Source: an uncultured delta proteobacterium
Lineage (GTDB): Bacteria; Myxococcota_A; Polyangia; Fen-1088
DNA: 64,000 bases
Assembly: GCA_963737265.1 (NCBI GenBank)
Contig: CAVTRY010000016.1
Coordinates: forward strand, 64,001 to 128,000
Direction: 5' to 3'
This document shows positions 1-8,930 of this stretch, one piece after another (position 1 is the first letter of the stretch; every line of letters starts with the position of its first letter). The position numbers and the translations under genes are program-made. The notes under the pieces were generated by a model. It saw only the letters and a program-made list of their open reading frames with translations, ran no database searches and was not told where the DNA came from.

Positions 1-344
1 ACGTGCTCGCCGCGGACCGCGAAGATGAATCCGTGGCGCCGTACTACCAGCCACTGCATCCCGCTGTCCTGCGCCTGATCAGCTCACTTGCCGACGTCGC
101 CAGCCAAACCGGACGGCCGCTCACGATCTGCGGCGACATCGCGGGAGATCCTCTCTACACCGAGCTGCTCCTGGGGCTCGGTCTGCGCGCGCTCAGCGTG
201 GCGCCCGGAGAGATCCTGGGCGTCAAACATCGAATCCGCACCATCGAGCTGGGAGAGGCGCGGGCATTCGCCCGAACGGTGCTGGAGCTCGGATCCGCGG
301 CGGAGATCGAGAACCTGGTGGGGAATCGCCTCCCGCACCGGTGA
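1..344 (+). CDS. PEP-protein phosphotransferase (PTS enzyme I family), C-terminal part only
   Basis: LAADR..V..YYQPLHPAVLRLI, ICGDIAGDP and LLGLGL..LSV motifs of the PEP-utilising C-terminal domain; runs off the window start. ptsI versus ptsP cannot be distinguished. Confidence 0.9.
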   Translation, partial: VLAADREDESVAPYYQPLHPAVLRLISSLADVASQTGRPLTICGDIAGDPLYTELLLGLGLRALSVAPGEILGVKHRIRTIELGEARAFARTVLELGSAAEIENLVGNRLPHR

Positions 345-404
345 TCGTCGAGCCGTTCGAGCGGTCGTCGCAACAGGCGGACCGGCGGTGATTACCTTAC
401 GCGC

Positions 405-1472
405 GTGGAGGACGGGGGGGCACGGCGCCGGGCGCAGGTGGTCGTGACGGGCGCGGCGACGGCGCTCATCATCGCCGTCGGGTTACCGCTCTGGCGCCCG
501 TTGCTGGTCGCCGCGGTCCTGGCGGGCGCGCTGTCACCGCTCTACGAATCTGCGGTGCGGCGCCTGGGCGGCCGGCGCTCCTTCGGCGCCGGGTTGTTTA
601 CGGCCGCCACTGTCATCCTGATCCTGATTCCAATCGCGTTACTCGCGATCATTGCCGTGCGCGAGGCAACCCAGGCGGTCGGGCTCGTTCGCGACACCAT
701 CGCGTCCGAGGGGATCCGGGGCCTCATCGCGGAGGCGCCCGATCCGCTCGAGGGCTGGTTGCGGCGGTTGATGAAGCTGCTGCCGACCGAGAGCGGCCCC
801 GCGGCGTCACAGCTCGGTGCCGGCGGGCGCTGGGCGCTGGGCGCGCTGTCGGGCGCGCTGTCGGTGCTGGCCCAATTCGGAATCCGGTTCGTGTTGATGT
901 TGATCGCGCTCTTCTTCCTGCTGCGCGACGGCCCCGCGCTGGTCGACTGGTTCGTCGGCGCGACGCCGCTGGCGCCCGAGCGCGCGCGAGAGATGATGCG
1001 GGAGTTCCGGCTCGTCGCCCGTTCCGTGCTGGGCGCGAACTTCATCACCGCCGCGGCGCAGGCGGCCGTCGCCACGATCGGATTCGCCATCGCCCGCGCT
1101 CCGAGCCCGATCTTCTTCGGCCTGCTCTCCCTGTTCTCGTCGCTGATTCCGTCGGTCGGGACGGCGCTGGTGACGTTCCCCGTCGCCGGGCTGATGCTGC
1201 TGCTCGGTCACCCCTGGTCGGCCCTGTTCCTGGCCGTGTGGGCGGCGCTGGCGGTGGGCCTCGTCGACAATCTCCTGCGGCCGATGCTGATCCGTGGCCA
1301 GGGCCAGCTGAACGGCGCGCTGGTCTTCTTTGCGCTCATCGGCGCGATGAGCGCGTTCGGCGCCGAGGGCCTGTTCGTCGGACCGCTGGCGCTCGCCTTC
1401 TTCCTCGCCGTCGTGCGCACCAGGCGACGCCAGCGAGAGACGCCCGCCGGAGGGGCGATCGGGATCGGATGA
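405..1472 (+). CDS. AI-2E family transporter
   Basis: Multi-TM protein with LFFLLRDG, SLIPSVGT, VDNLLRP and FGAEGLFVGP motifs. Confidence 0.9.
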   Translation: MEDGGARRRAQVVVTGAATALIIAVGLPLWRPLLVAAVLAGALSPLYESAVRRLGGRRSFGAGLFTAATVILILIPIALLAIIAVREATQAVGLVRDTIASEGIRGLIAEAPDPLEGWLRRLMKLLPTESGPAASQLGAGGRWALGALSGALSVLAQFGIRFVLMLIALFFLLRDGPALVDWFVGATPLAPERAREMMREFRLVARSVLGANFITAAAQAAVATIGFAIARAPSPIFFGLLSLFSSLIPSVGTALVTFPVAGLMLLLGHPWSALFLAVWAALAVGLVDNLLRPMLIRGQGQLNGALVFFALIGAMSAFGAEGLFVGPLALAFFLAVVRTRRRQRETPAGGAIGIG

Positions 1473-1482
1473 CGGGCCCGGG

Positions 1483-2094
1483 TCACCTGCCGGTGCTCGT
1501 GCGCAGGCCGACGGCCACCGGCTCGGCGTAGGTCACCTCGACCCTGTCCCCGGGGCTGAGCGACCGCAAGCGCCGCCGCTCTGCCCGATCCTGGACCAGC
1601 AGAGTCTGTGGGCGCTTGTCTGGTGTCACGATCTGAAGCGCCCCCTTGTCGTTGTCGACCGCGGTCACGCGCGCCGCGGTGGTGATGAGCTGCGTGTCCG
1701 CCGCCGCGCCCAGGGCTGGGGCGTTGGCCCGCGTGGGTGCCTCTTGCTCTTGAGCGGCCGGGGCGTCGGCTGGAGCGAGAGACACGACGGAGGACATGTA
1801 GTAGTCGAGCTCGACCTGATCGCCCTTTTGGAGCTGCTCGAACCCCTCGACAGTGGGGGCGACCTTGACGGTCATCCGAGAGCCGCCAGGGCCTTGCACG
1901 ACCAAGGATCGGTTCGAGCGGTCGACCTTTTCGACCGAGAACGAAGCGGTGGTCGTCTCCTGTTGCTGCTCGGCCGACGACGATGGTTCTGCCGTCGCGG
2001 TCACCGAATTGTCGGCGTCGGCGTAGGCATCAGCGCCGACGGGAAAACCGACACCCAAACTCAACAGCGCCGCCATCACACTGGCCCCGCTCAT
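1483..2094 (-). CDS. Exported protein with two beta-rich repeats; paralog of 36940-37542
   Basis: GGAGG RBS before ATG 2094; signal-peptide-like N-terminus; two VxxVD..GDxVxxxY repeats. Confidence 0.75.
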   Translation of the reverse strand: MSGASVMAALLSLGVGFPVGADAYADADNSVTATAEPSSSAEQQQETTTASFSVEKVDRSNRSLVVQGPGGSRMTVKVAPTVEGFEQLQKGDQVELDYYMSSVVSLAPADAPAAQEQEAPTRANAPALGAAADTQLITTAARVTAVDNDKGALQIVTPDKRPQTLLVQDRAERRRLRSLSPGDRVEVTYAEPVAVGLRTSTGR

Positions 2095-2148
2095 GAGTGC
2101 CTCCGTTGTCAATATGTCCGCGGGCGGGTTTTCGGCAAGCAGAGGCGC

Positions 2149-2177
2149 AAATCGGCACAAATCGGCACAAATCGGCA
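2149..2177. repeat. Short tandem decamer AAATCGGCAC (about 3 copies) in a divergent intergenic region
   Basis: aaatcggcac aaatcggcac aaatcggca read directly. Confidence 0.6.
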
Positions 2178-2305
2178 ATCGATGGTCTGTGCGCGCTCGA
2201 GCTAGGGGGTTGACGAGATCCCGCCGGCTTCGTCAGACTGAGGCAAACCGACTGGGATCCGTGTCTAGGGGGGAGCGGGTTCCGAGGCCAAAAAGGCGAA
2301 ATGGA

Positions 2306-3976
2306 ATGACCCCTCTCAGTCTGCGCCAACGACCGCGGGTGCGCCTCGCGCCGCCCGACTTCGCGAATCCTCCCTCGCTCGACCCGCCGAGCGAAGGCGC
2401 GCGCCGTTCCCCTCGGCCGGGCGCCGCCCGTGAGCGGATTCTCCTGGTGGAAGACGACCGGAGCATCCGGGCCGCGCTGCAGGGGATTCTGGAGGACGAA
2501 GGTTACGCCGTCACGACGGCCGAGAACGGACGTCAGGCCCTGGAGCGGCTTCGATCGAGCCCGGTGCCCGAGCTCATCGTCCTCGATCTTCGAATGCCCG
2601 TCATGGACGGCTGGGAGTTCCGCGCCGCGCAGAAGCAGGACCCCGCGCTGGCGCGGATTCCGGTGCTGGCCGTGTCGGCCGACGGGAGCGCCAAGGCTGC
2701 GGCGATCGACGCGCAAGCCTACCTGCGCAAGCCGCTCGATACCGACGCGCTTCTCAACGCGATCGGCCGGATCCTGGGAGAGGCCGATCGGCAAAATCTG
2801 TTGCGGCGGCTCGAAGAGGCGGAGCGTTTTGCCGCGCTCGGCAGGCTGGCCGCGAGCGTCGGCCACGAGATCAACAACCCGCTCGCTTATGTCTCGATGA
2901 ATGTCGATCTCGCGGCCGCCCAGCTGGATCGGTTCCTCGGGCCAGACGTCAGGGGTGCCGTCTCCTCGGCCGGCCTGGCCAACCTTCCCGGCCTCTTCCG
3001 TGAATGTCGCGTGGGGCTCGACCGCATCCGCGACGTGGTCAAGGATCTGCAGCGGCTCTCCCGCCAGTCCGAAGTGACACGCGAAACGTTCTCCCTCAAT
3101 GATCTCCTGGACGAGTCGCTGGCGATGGCGAGAAATCAGGTCGCGCATCGTGCCCGGGTGCGCAAGCTCTACGGGGAAGTTCACGCGGTCGTCGGGGATC
3201 GCTCCGCCCTCGGGCAGGTTCTGCTCAACCTCATCCTGAACGCCGCCCAGGCGCTCCCCGAGGGGCAGGCCGACACGAACGAGATCACACTGCGGACCTC
3301 CACGGAGGGAGCGACGGTCACCGTCGAGGTCAGCGACACGGGCGCGGGAATCCCGCCCCAGGTGCTGCCGCACATCTTCGATCCCTTCTTCACGACGAAG
3401 CCAATCGGTGAGGGGACTGGGCTGGGGCTGGCCGTCTCTTGCCGCATCGTCGCCGACCACGGAGGTCGAATCGATGTCGAGAGCGACGTCGGTCGCGGCT
3501 CGGTCTTCCGGGTCATTCTTCCTCTCGTGCGACCCGAGGTCCCACAGACGCCCCGAGACGAGGACCAGGGCGCGCGAACCGAACGGGCGATCTCGCGCGC
3601 GCGGATCCTGGTGATCGACGACCAGCCGACCTTCGGCCGAACGATCTCGCGGGCGTTGACCGAGCACGACGTCACGGTGGTGGCAAGGGCGGTCGAGGCG
3701 TTCGCGCTGCTGACGGCAGGGGAGGAGTTTGACGTCATCCTCTGCGACCTCTTGATGCCCGAAATGGGGGGACGCGGCGTATTCGAGCGAATCAAGGCCG
3801 ACTGGCCGCATCTGGCCCCCCGAACGATCTTCATGACCGGCGGCGCGTTCACGCCCGAGTCGCGCCAGTTCCTCGAACGATCGCAGCAGACGGTTCTCAC
3901 CAAGCCTTTCTCTTTGGACGTGCTGCGGGCCGCTGTCTACGCGTTGATGGAAGACCGCACCGACGGTCCCAATTGA
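2306..3976 (+). CDS. Hybrid histidine kinase REC-HisKA-HATPase-REC
   Basis: ILLVEDD..DLRMP receiver; HEINNPL H-box; NAAQA, DTGAGI, FFTTK, GTGLGL; C-terminal receiver. Start uncertain (ORF is open from 2093). Confidence 0.92.
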   Translation: MTPLSLRQRPRVRLAPPDFANPPSLDPPSEGARRSPRPGAARERILLVEDDRSIRAALQGILEDEGYAVTTAENGRQALERLRSSPVPELIVLDLRMPVMDGWEFRAAQKQDPALARIPVLAVSADGSAKAAAIDAQAYLRKPLDTDALLNAIGRILGEADRQNLLRRLEEAERFAALGRLAASVGHEINNPLAYVSMNVDLAAAQLDRFLGPDVRGAVSSAGLANLPGLFRECRVGLDRIRDVVKDLQRLSRQSEVTRETFSLNDLLDESLAMARNQVAHRARVRKLYGEVHAVVGDRSALGQVLLNLILNAAQALPEGQADTNEITLRTSTEGATVTVEVSDTGAGIPPQVLPHIFDPFFTTKPIGEGTGLGLAVSCRIVADHGGRIDVESDVGRGSVFRVILPLVRPEVPQTPRDEDQGARTERAISRARILVIDDQPTFGRTISRALTEHDVTVVARAVEAFALLTAGEEFDVILCDLLMPEMGGRGVFERIKADWPHLAPRTIFMTGGAFTPESRQFLERSQQTVLTKPFSLDVLRAAVYALMEDRTDGPN

Positions 3977-5451
3977 TGAAGCGCGAGGCTTGGTCCGGGC
4001 TGGCGCGAGATCTGGATTGGGACTTCACCTACGTTCGGCAGGAAGAGGTCTTTCCGACCGCGGTGAGCGGGCGCCCCTGGCTTCCGCACGAAGAGTGGAA
4101 AGGGTGGGAGGAGCCCTACAAGACGACCTACGCAGACTACGTCGCCAACCAGAGCGAGAAGGAGCGCGCCCTCGGGGCTGTGCGCGCGGCGCTCGGTCGG
4201 ATCTCGGACTTCAAGCGGCTGCCCCGCACCTGGTTGAGCGCGCTCAAGCTCCACAATGCGACGCTGCCGCTGGCGGAGTTCGCGGCGGTGATTGGCAACC
4301 TGCGCGCCGCGCGCTTCGGCCGCACCGCCGCCTGGCGCACGGCGGCCAGCTTCGGGGCGCTCGACGAGCTTCGTCACACGCAGATTCCCCTTCTGCTCAT
4401 GCATCCGCTGGTCGCCTGGGACGAGCAGTTCGACTGGACGCATCGATTTTTTCACACCGACAACTGGGTGGCGATCGCGGCCCGCCACCTCACCGACGAG
4501 CTCCTGCTGGGGGCCGATCCGATCGAGTTCGCCGTGGGGACCAACTTCGTGTTCGAGACCGGCTTCACCAACCTGCAGTTCATCGGCCTGTCGGCGGTGG
4601 CGCACGACGTGGGGGATCGCCTGTTCGAGACCCTGCTCGGCAGCATTCAGAGCGACGAGGCGCGCCATGCCCAGATCGGCGGGCCGGTGTTGGCCAAGTT
4701 GGTCGAGAAGGATCCCGAGCGGGCCCAGCGCCTCGTCGACAAATGGTTCTGGCGGAGCTGGCAGCTGTTCGCGATCGTGACCGGCTTCGCGATGGACTAC
4801 CTCACGCCGCTCGCCGAGCGCGGAGCGTCGTTCAAGGAGTTCATGCAGGAGTGGGTGGTCGACCAATTCCTGCAAACGCTGCGCGCGTACGGGCTCGAGC
4901 GCCCCTGGTACTGGGAGACGTTCCTCGGCGCCCTCGAGCACTACCACCACATGGTCTACGCGAGCGCGTACACCTATCGGGCGTCGGTCTGGTTCGACCT
5001 CGTCGTGCCTGGGCCCGACGAGCGCGCCTGGCTGCGCGGCAAATATCCCGCCTCCTGGCCCTCGCTGGAGCCGGTCTGGGAGCAGATCACCGCGCGCTGG
5101 CGCGAGGCTGATCCAGGGAACGACTTCGCGGTGCACGGCGCCGCCATCGTCGGTTTTTGCGAGCTGTGTCAGCTGGTCCTTTGCGGCGGGACCCCCGCGC
5201 GGAACAGCGCGGTCGTCGCCGAGCATGGGGGGCGCCGGCGGATCTTCTGCTCGGAGCCCTGCCGCTGGATCTTCGAGAGCGAGCCCGAGCGCTACGCGGG
5301 GCACGCCGGGATCGTGCAACGGGTCCTCGCCGGGAAGGCGCCCGCCAACATCCTGGCGCTCTTGCGACAGACCTTCGGCCTCACCTACGACAGCTGGGGC
5401 AAGGACGCCTTCGGCGGCGAGTATCCCTGGCTGGTGCGGGAGCGACCATGA
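3976..5451 (+). CDS. tmoA: Soluble di-iron aromatic monooxygenase alpha subunit (TmoA/TouA-like, with C-terminal YHS-like region)
   Basis: Di-iron ligands LAEFAA, DELRH, FETGFTN, DEARH; WEEPYKTTY; FCSEPCRWIF. Confidence 0.9.
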   Translation: MKREAWSGLARDLDWDFTYVRQEEVFPTAVSGRPWLPHEEWKGWEEPYKTTYADYVANQSEKERALGAVRAALGRISDFKRLPRTWLSALKLHNATLPLAEFAAVIGNLRAARFGRTAAWRTAASFGALDELRHTQIPLLLMHPLVAWDEQFDWTHRFFHTDNWVAIAARHLTDELLLGADPIEFAVGTNFVFETGFTNLQFIGLSAVAHDVGDRLFETLLGSIQSDEARHAQIGGPVLAKLVEKDPERAQRLVDKWFWRSWQLFAIVTGFAMDYLTPLAERGASFKEFMQEWVVDQFLQTLRAYGLERPWYWETFLGALEHYHHMVYASAYTYRASVWFDLVVPGPDERAWLRGKYPASWPSLEPVWEQITARWREADPGNDFAVHGAAIVGFCELCQLVLCGGTPARNSAVVAEHGGRRRIFCSEPCRWIFESEPERYAGHAGIVQRVLAGKAPANILALLRQTFGLTYDSWGKDAFGGEYPWLVRERP

Positions 5452-5702
5452 CGGTGATGCCGCTCTACGGATTCGTGCAGGGGGACACGATGGGCGTCGT
5501 GGTGCTGGGACGGCTCGACGCCCCCGTCGCCCAGCTGGGCGCCGACCTCCTGCGCGCGGTGGGGGTGCGGATCAACCGCCAGGGGCCCTACCAGCTGCGG
5601 GCTGGCGCGCGCCGGCTCGATCCCGATGCCACCTTGCGGACAGAGGCGCTCGCGCCGCTCGACCGGATCGATCTCGTTTGGGACCAGGGAGCGTCCGCAT
5701 GA
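5448..5702 (+). CDS. tmoB: Monooxygenase gamma subunit (TmoB-like)
   Basis: 84 aa, PLYGFVQGD..PLDRIDL; ATGA overlap with the alpha subunit; canonical operon position. Confidence 0.8.
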   Translation: MTVMPLYGFVQGDTMGVVVLGRLDAPVAQLGADLLRAVGVRINRQGPYQLRAGARRLDPDATLRTEALAPLDRIDLVWDQGASA

Positions 5703-6010
5703 CCTTCAAGTCTGTTCTCCGGCAAGACGACCTCTGGATCGGCGAGATGACCGGAGTGAAGGTCGAGGGGTGCCCGGTCCTTCTGGTCAACGTCGAGGGG
5801 ACGGTGTGCGCCTACGAAGATCGCTGTCGCCACCTGGCCCGCCCCCTCAGCGAGGGAAAGCTCACCGGCAATCGGCTGGTCTGCGCGGCCCACGCCTGGG
5901 AGTACGACGCTTGCACGGGCCGCGGCATCAACCCCGACAACATGGCGCTCCGCCGCTACCCGGTCCGGATCGCCGACGGCGAAATTCTGGTGGATCTCGA
6001 TGCTGTCTGA
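5699..6010 (+). CDS. tmoC: Rieske ferredoxin (TmoC-like)
   Basis: CRH..CAAHAWEYD..TG.GINP Rieske motifs; ATGA overlap. Confidence 0.88.
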   Translation: MTFKSVLRQDDLWIGEMTGVKVEGCPVLLVNVEGTVCAYEDRCRHLARPLSEGKLTGNRLVCAAHAWEYDACTGRGINPDNMALRRYPVRIADGEILVDLDAV

Positions 6011-6299
6011 GCGTCTGGCCCCGAGCGAGGTCGGGCCGGTGCTGCTCTGCGGCCGCGTCTCGGACGCGATCGTCGCCGCCATCCGGCAGCAGAACGCCGG
6101 CGTGCGCCTGTCGCAGCGAGGCTCCTACCTGCGCGTCTCCGTCTCCACGCGGTGCGAGGTCCGCGCCGACGCCGTCGCCACGCTGCTGGGCGAGCCGTTC
6201 CGGATCCCGCAGGACCTCGAACGGGTCATGCCTTCGTTTCGCGGTCGGCTGTTCCTGTCGGAAGAGATGGCCGCCTGGGAGGCGAGCGCGCTGCCATGA
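6000..6299 (+). CDS. tmoD: Monooxygenase effector/coupling protein (TmoD/MmoB/DmpM family)
   Basis: VGPVL, RGSYLRV, LGEPFRIP.DLE..MPSFRGR. Confidence 0.85.
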   Translation: MLSERLAPSEVGPVLLCGRVSDAIVAAIRQQNAGVRLSQRGSYLRVSVSTRCEVRADAVATLLGEPFRIPQDLERVMPSFRGRLFLSEEMAAWEASALP

Positions 6300-7246
6300 A
6301 ACCTGCGCGCAAGACCTACTGGCACCTCGGTGCCGGGCGACGGTTGCCGTCGGACTACGAGATCGCCACGTCGCGGCTCCTCTATTACGTCGACCGCGGT
6401 GGATTCGCTGTCGATCTGCCGACCTCGGACTTCTACCGGCGCCATCAGACGGGGTCGTTGCTCGTCTCCGATCGCTGGGACGAGCTTTGCGATCCGCGCG
6501 CCACGACCTACACGAAGTATGTCGACATCGAACGAGAGCGGGAAGCCTATGTAGGCCGGCTGCTGACCACCATCGAGGAGTCGGACTACGATCGGGGGCT
6601 CCCCGGCGCCTGGCTCGGGACCCTGGGTGGCGCGCTCTCTCCGCTCCGTTTCCTCTGTCACGGCCTGCAGATGGTGGCGGCCTACATCGGACAGATGGCC
6701 CCGAGCGGACGCATCGCCGTCGCGGCGCTGTTCCAGTGCGGCGACGAGATCCGGCGCATTCAACGCTTCGCCTACCGGCTGGCGCTGCTCGCGCGGTGCA
6801 GCCCCGACCTCGGGACGGCAGGACGCGGCCTCTGGCAGTCCGATCCCCGCTGGCAGCCGTTGCGACGGGCGATCGAGCGACTGCTGGTCGCCTACGATTG
6901 GGGCGAGGCGTTCGTCGCCCTCAATGTCTGCCTCAAGCCGATGATCGACGACCTCTTCCTGGTTCAGTTGGCCGAGCTTGCGGAGCGCTCGCGCGACCAC
7001 CTGGACGCGCAGATCCTCCGCTCGCTGTTCGAGGACTCCGAGTGGCACGTCGCCTGGACGGAAGCGCTGCTGGCGCACGCCTACGCCGACCGGTCTGACA
7101 ACCGCGCCGTGGTCGCGGGTTGGATTGATGCTTGGGCGCCGACCGTCGAGGCGGCCGCCGTCGCCGCCGCCGCGCTCTTGGGGACGGAACGGCAATCGAC
7201 GGCCGCCGTCATCGGGCGACAAAAAGAGGGGGGTGCGTTTGGCTGA
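6296..7246 (+). CDS. tmoE: Monooxygenase beta subunit (TmoE-like)
   Basis: KTYWHL...RRLPSDYEI.TSRLLY, DPRATTYTKY, YDWGEAFVALN. Confidence 0.88.
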   Translation: MKPARKTYWHLGAGRRLPSDYEIATSRLLYYVDRGGFAVDLPTSDFYRRHQTGSLLVSDRWDELCDPRATTYTKYVDIEREREAYVGRLLTTIEESDYDRGLPGAWLGTLGGALSPLRFLCHGLQMVAAYIGQMAPSGRIAVAALFQCGDEIRRIQRFAYRLALLARCSPDLGTAGRGLWQSDPRWQPLRRAIERLLVAYDWGEAFVALNVCLKPMIDDLFLVQLAELAERSRDHLDAQILRSLFEDSEWHVAWTEALLAHAYADRSDNRAVVAGWIDAWAPTVEAAAVAAAALLGTERQSTAAVIGRQKEGGAFG

Positions 7247-8732
7247 CGGAGGGACGTTGCCGACGGCGTGGCGGGCGACCGCGTTCGAGCAGCTCGCCGA
7301 CGAGAGCTTGGACGGCGTCTGGGCCTGCGACCGCGAGCTCCGCTGTCTCTACTGGAACGCGACCATGGAGCGGCTCTCCGCCCTGCCGGCGGCGCGCGTC
7401 CTCGGCTATGGAATCAACGAGGTTCTCTCGCGGCTCGGCGACCGCGACGAGACGTCCTCGATCCGCGCCGTGCTCGAGGGAACGGCGGGCGTGTCGTCCG
7501 AGCGACGTGCCGCCACCCGCGAGGAGGCCCCGGGGACGTTCCGGACGCACTATCTGCCGATTCGTTCGGAGGTCGGGGAGGTGGTGGGCGTCGCCGCCAT
7601 GGTCCGAGACGTCACCGAAGAGGACCTGATCCGCCAGGCCCTGCGCGAGACCGACGCACGCTTCCGAAACATGGCGGACGCCTCGCCGGTGCTGCTCTGG
7701 ATGTCGAGATCCGACGGGCTCTGCACCTTCTTCAACCAAACGTGGCTGGCGTTTACCGGACGGACGATGGAAGAGGAATGGGGCGTCGGCTGGGCCGAGA
7801 ACGTCCACTTCGAGGACCTCGAGTCCTGCCTGGAGACCTACCGGGCGGCCTTCAACCAGCGGCGGCTGTTCGAGATGGAGTACCGCCTTCGCCGAAAGGA
7901 CGGTGCCTACCGCTGGATCCTCGACCGAGGGACGCCCCGCTACGTGCCGGACGGCCAGTTCGCGGGATACATCGGCTCGTGCGTCGACATCACGGAGCGC
8001 CGCGAGCTGGAGTCCGAGCTGCGCGGCGCCATCGAGGCGCGCGACGATTTTCTCTCCGTCGCCTCGCACGAGCTCGGGACGCCGCTCACGGCCCTCAAGC
8101 TGCACGTCGAACAGCTCCAGCGCACGCTCGGCCCCGCGCCTGCGGGCCCGGCCGGTCCGCGGTCGCTGGAGGGACGCGTCGAATCCATCGCCCAAGATGT
8201 CCAGCGCCTGGGGCATCTGGTGGAGACGCTGCTCGACAGCACGCGCCTGGCCGTCGGCGCCTGGAAGCCGCAAATAGAGCGCGTCGATCTCGGACAGCTG
8301 GTCGAACAGATTGTCGGAGAGCTCGCGCCCGTGGCGGAGGCGGCTGGATGCGCGGTGAAGCTTCGGAGCCAGGCCGGTCTGCTCGGACACTGGGATCGCG
8401 GCAGCCTGGAACAGACAGTGACCAACGTCCTCGGCAACGCTTTCAAGTTCGGCGCCGGCGCACCGGTCGAGATCGAGCTCGAGGGGGACGGCGCCTCGGC
8501 GACGGCGCGCATCCGCGACCACGGCGTCGGCCTTCCGGTGGAGCAGCACGAGGTGATCTTTCAGCGGTTCGGCCGGGCACCACACACGCGCGGTTACGGG
8601 GGCTTGGGTTTGGGGCTCTGGATCGCCCGTCAGTTTCTGGAGGCGATGGGCGGATCGATTCGCGTCAGGAGCACGGCCGGCGCCGGTGCGACGTTCGAGA
8701 TCGCGTTGCGCTGTGAGCCGGAGCGCTCATAG
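7239..8732 (+). CDS. PAS-PAS sensor histidine kinase
   Basis: PAS motifs (FNQTWLAFTG, EYRLRRKDGAYRWI); ASHELGTPL H-box; NAFKF, DHGVG, GLGLGL. TTG start behind a purine-rich RBS, overlapping the tmoE stop. Confidence 0.9.
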   Translation: MADGGTLPTAWRATAFEQLADESLDGVWACDRELRCLYWNATMERLSALPAARVLGYGINEVLSRLGDRDETSSIRAVLEGTAGVSSERRAATREEAPGTFRTHYLPIRSEVGEVVGVAAMVRDVTEEDLIRQALRETDARFRNMADASPVLLWMSRSDGLCTFFNQTWLAFTGRTMEEEWGVGWAENVHFEDLESCLETYRAAFNQRRLFEMEYRLRRKDGAYRWILDRGTPRYVPDGQFAGYIGSCVDITERRELESELRGAIEARDDFLSVASHELGTPLTALKLHVEQLQRTLGPAPAGPAGPRSLEGRVESIAQDVQRLGHLVETLLDSTRLAVGAWKPQIERVDLGQLVEQIVGELAPVAEAAGCAVKLRSQAGLLGHWDRGSLEQTVTNVLGNAFKFGAGAPVEIELEGDGASATARIRDHGVGLPVEQHEVIFQRFGRAPHTRGYGGLGLGLWIARQFLEAMGGSIRVRSTAGAGATFEIALRCEPERS

Positions 8733-8782
8733 GGACGGGCTCGCGGATCGAGATTGAGGGCTCTCGAACGCCGGTCGCTCAA

Positions 8783-8816
8783 GGTTTCGAAACCGCTTGG
8801 TGCAAGTTTCGAAACT
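8783..8816. promoter_or_regulatory. Pair of perfect 12-bp palindromes, candidate operator/enhancer
   Basis: GGTTTCGAAACC (8783-8794) and AGTTTCGAAACT (8805-8816), 22 bp apart, in an AT-richer intergenic region. Confidence 0.55.
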
Positions 8817-8930
8817 CGTTCCCAATGAGTGACCCAGAAGGTATCCAAAGTGCCAGTTTCCCTTGAGTCTCTCGAATTCGATGAACATTGATTCTTGAGC
8901 TAAACCAGCGTTCGTGAAACCATTTGGACC

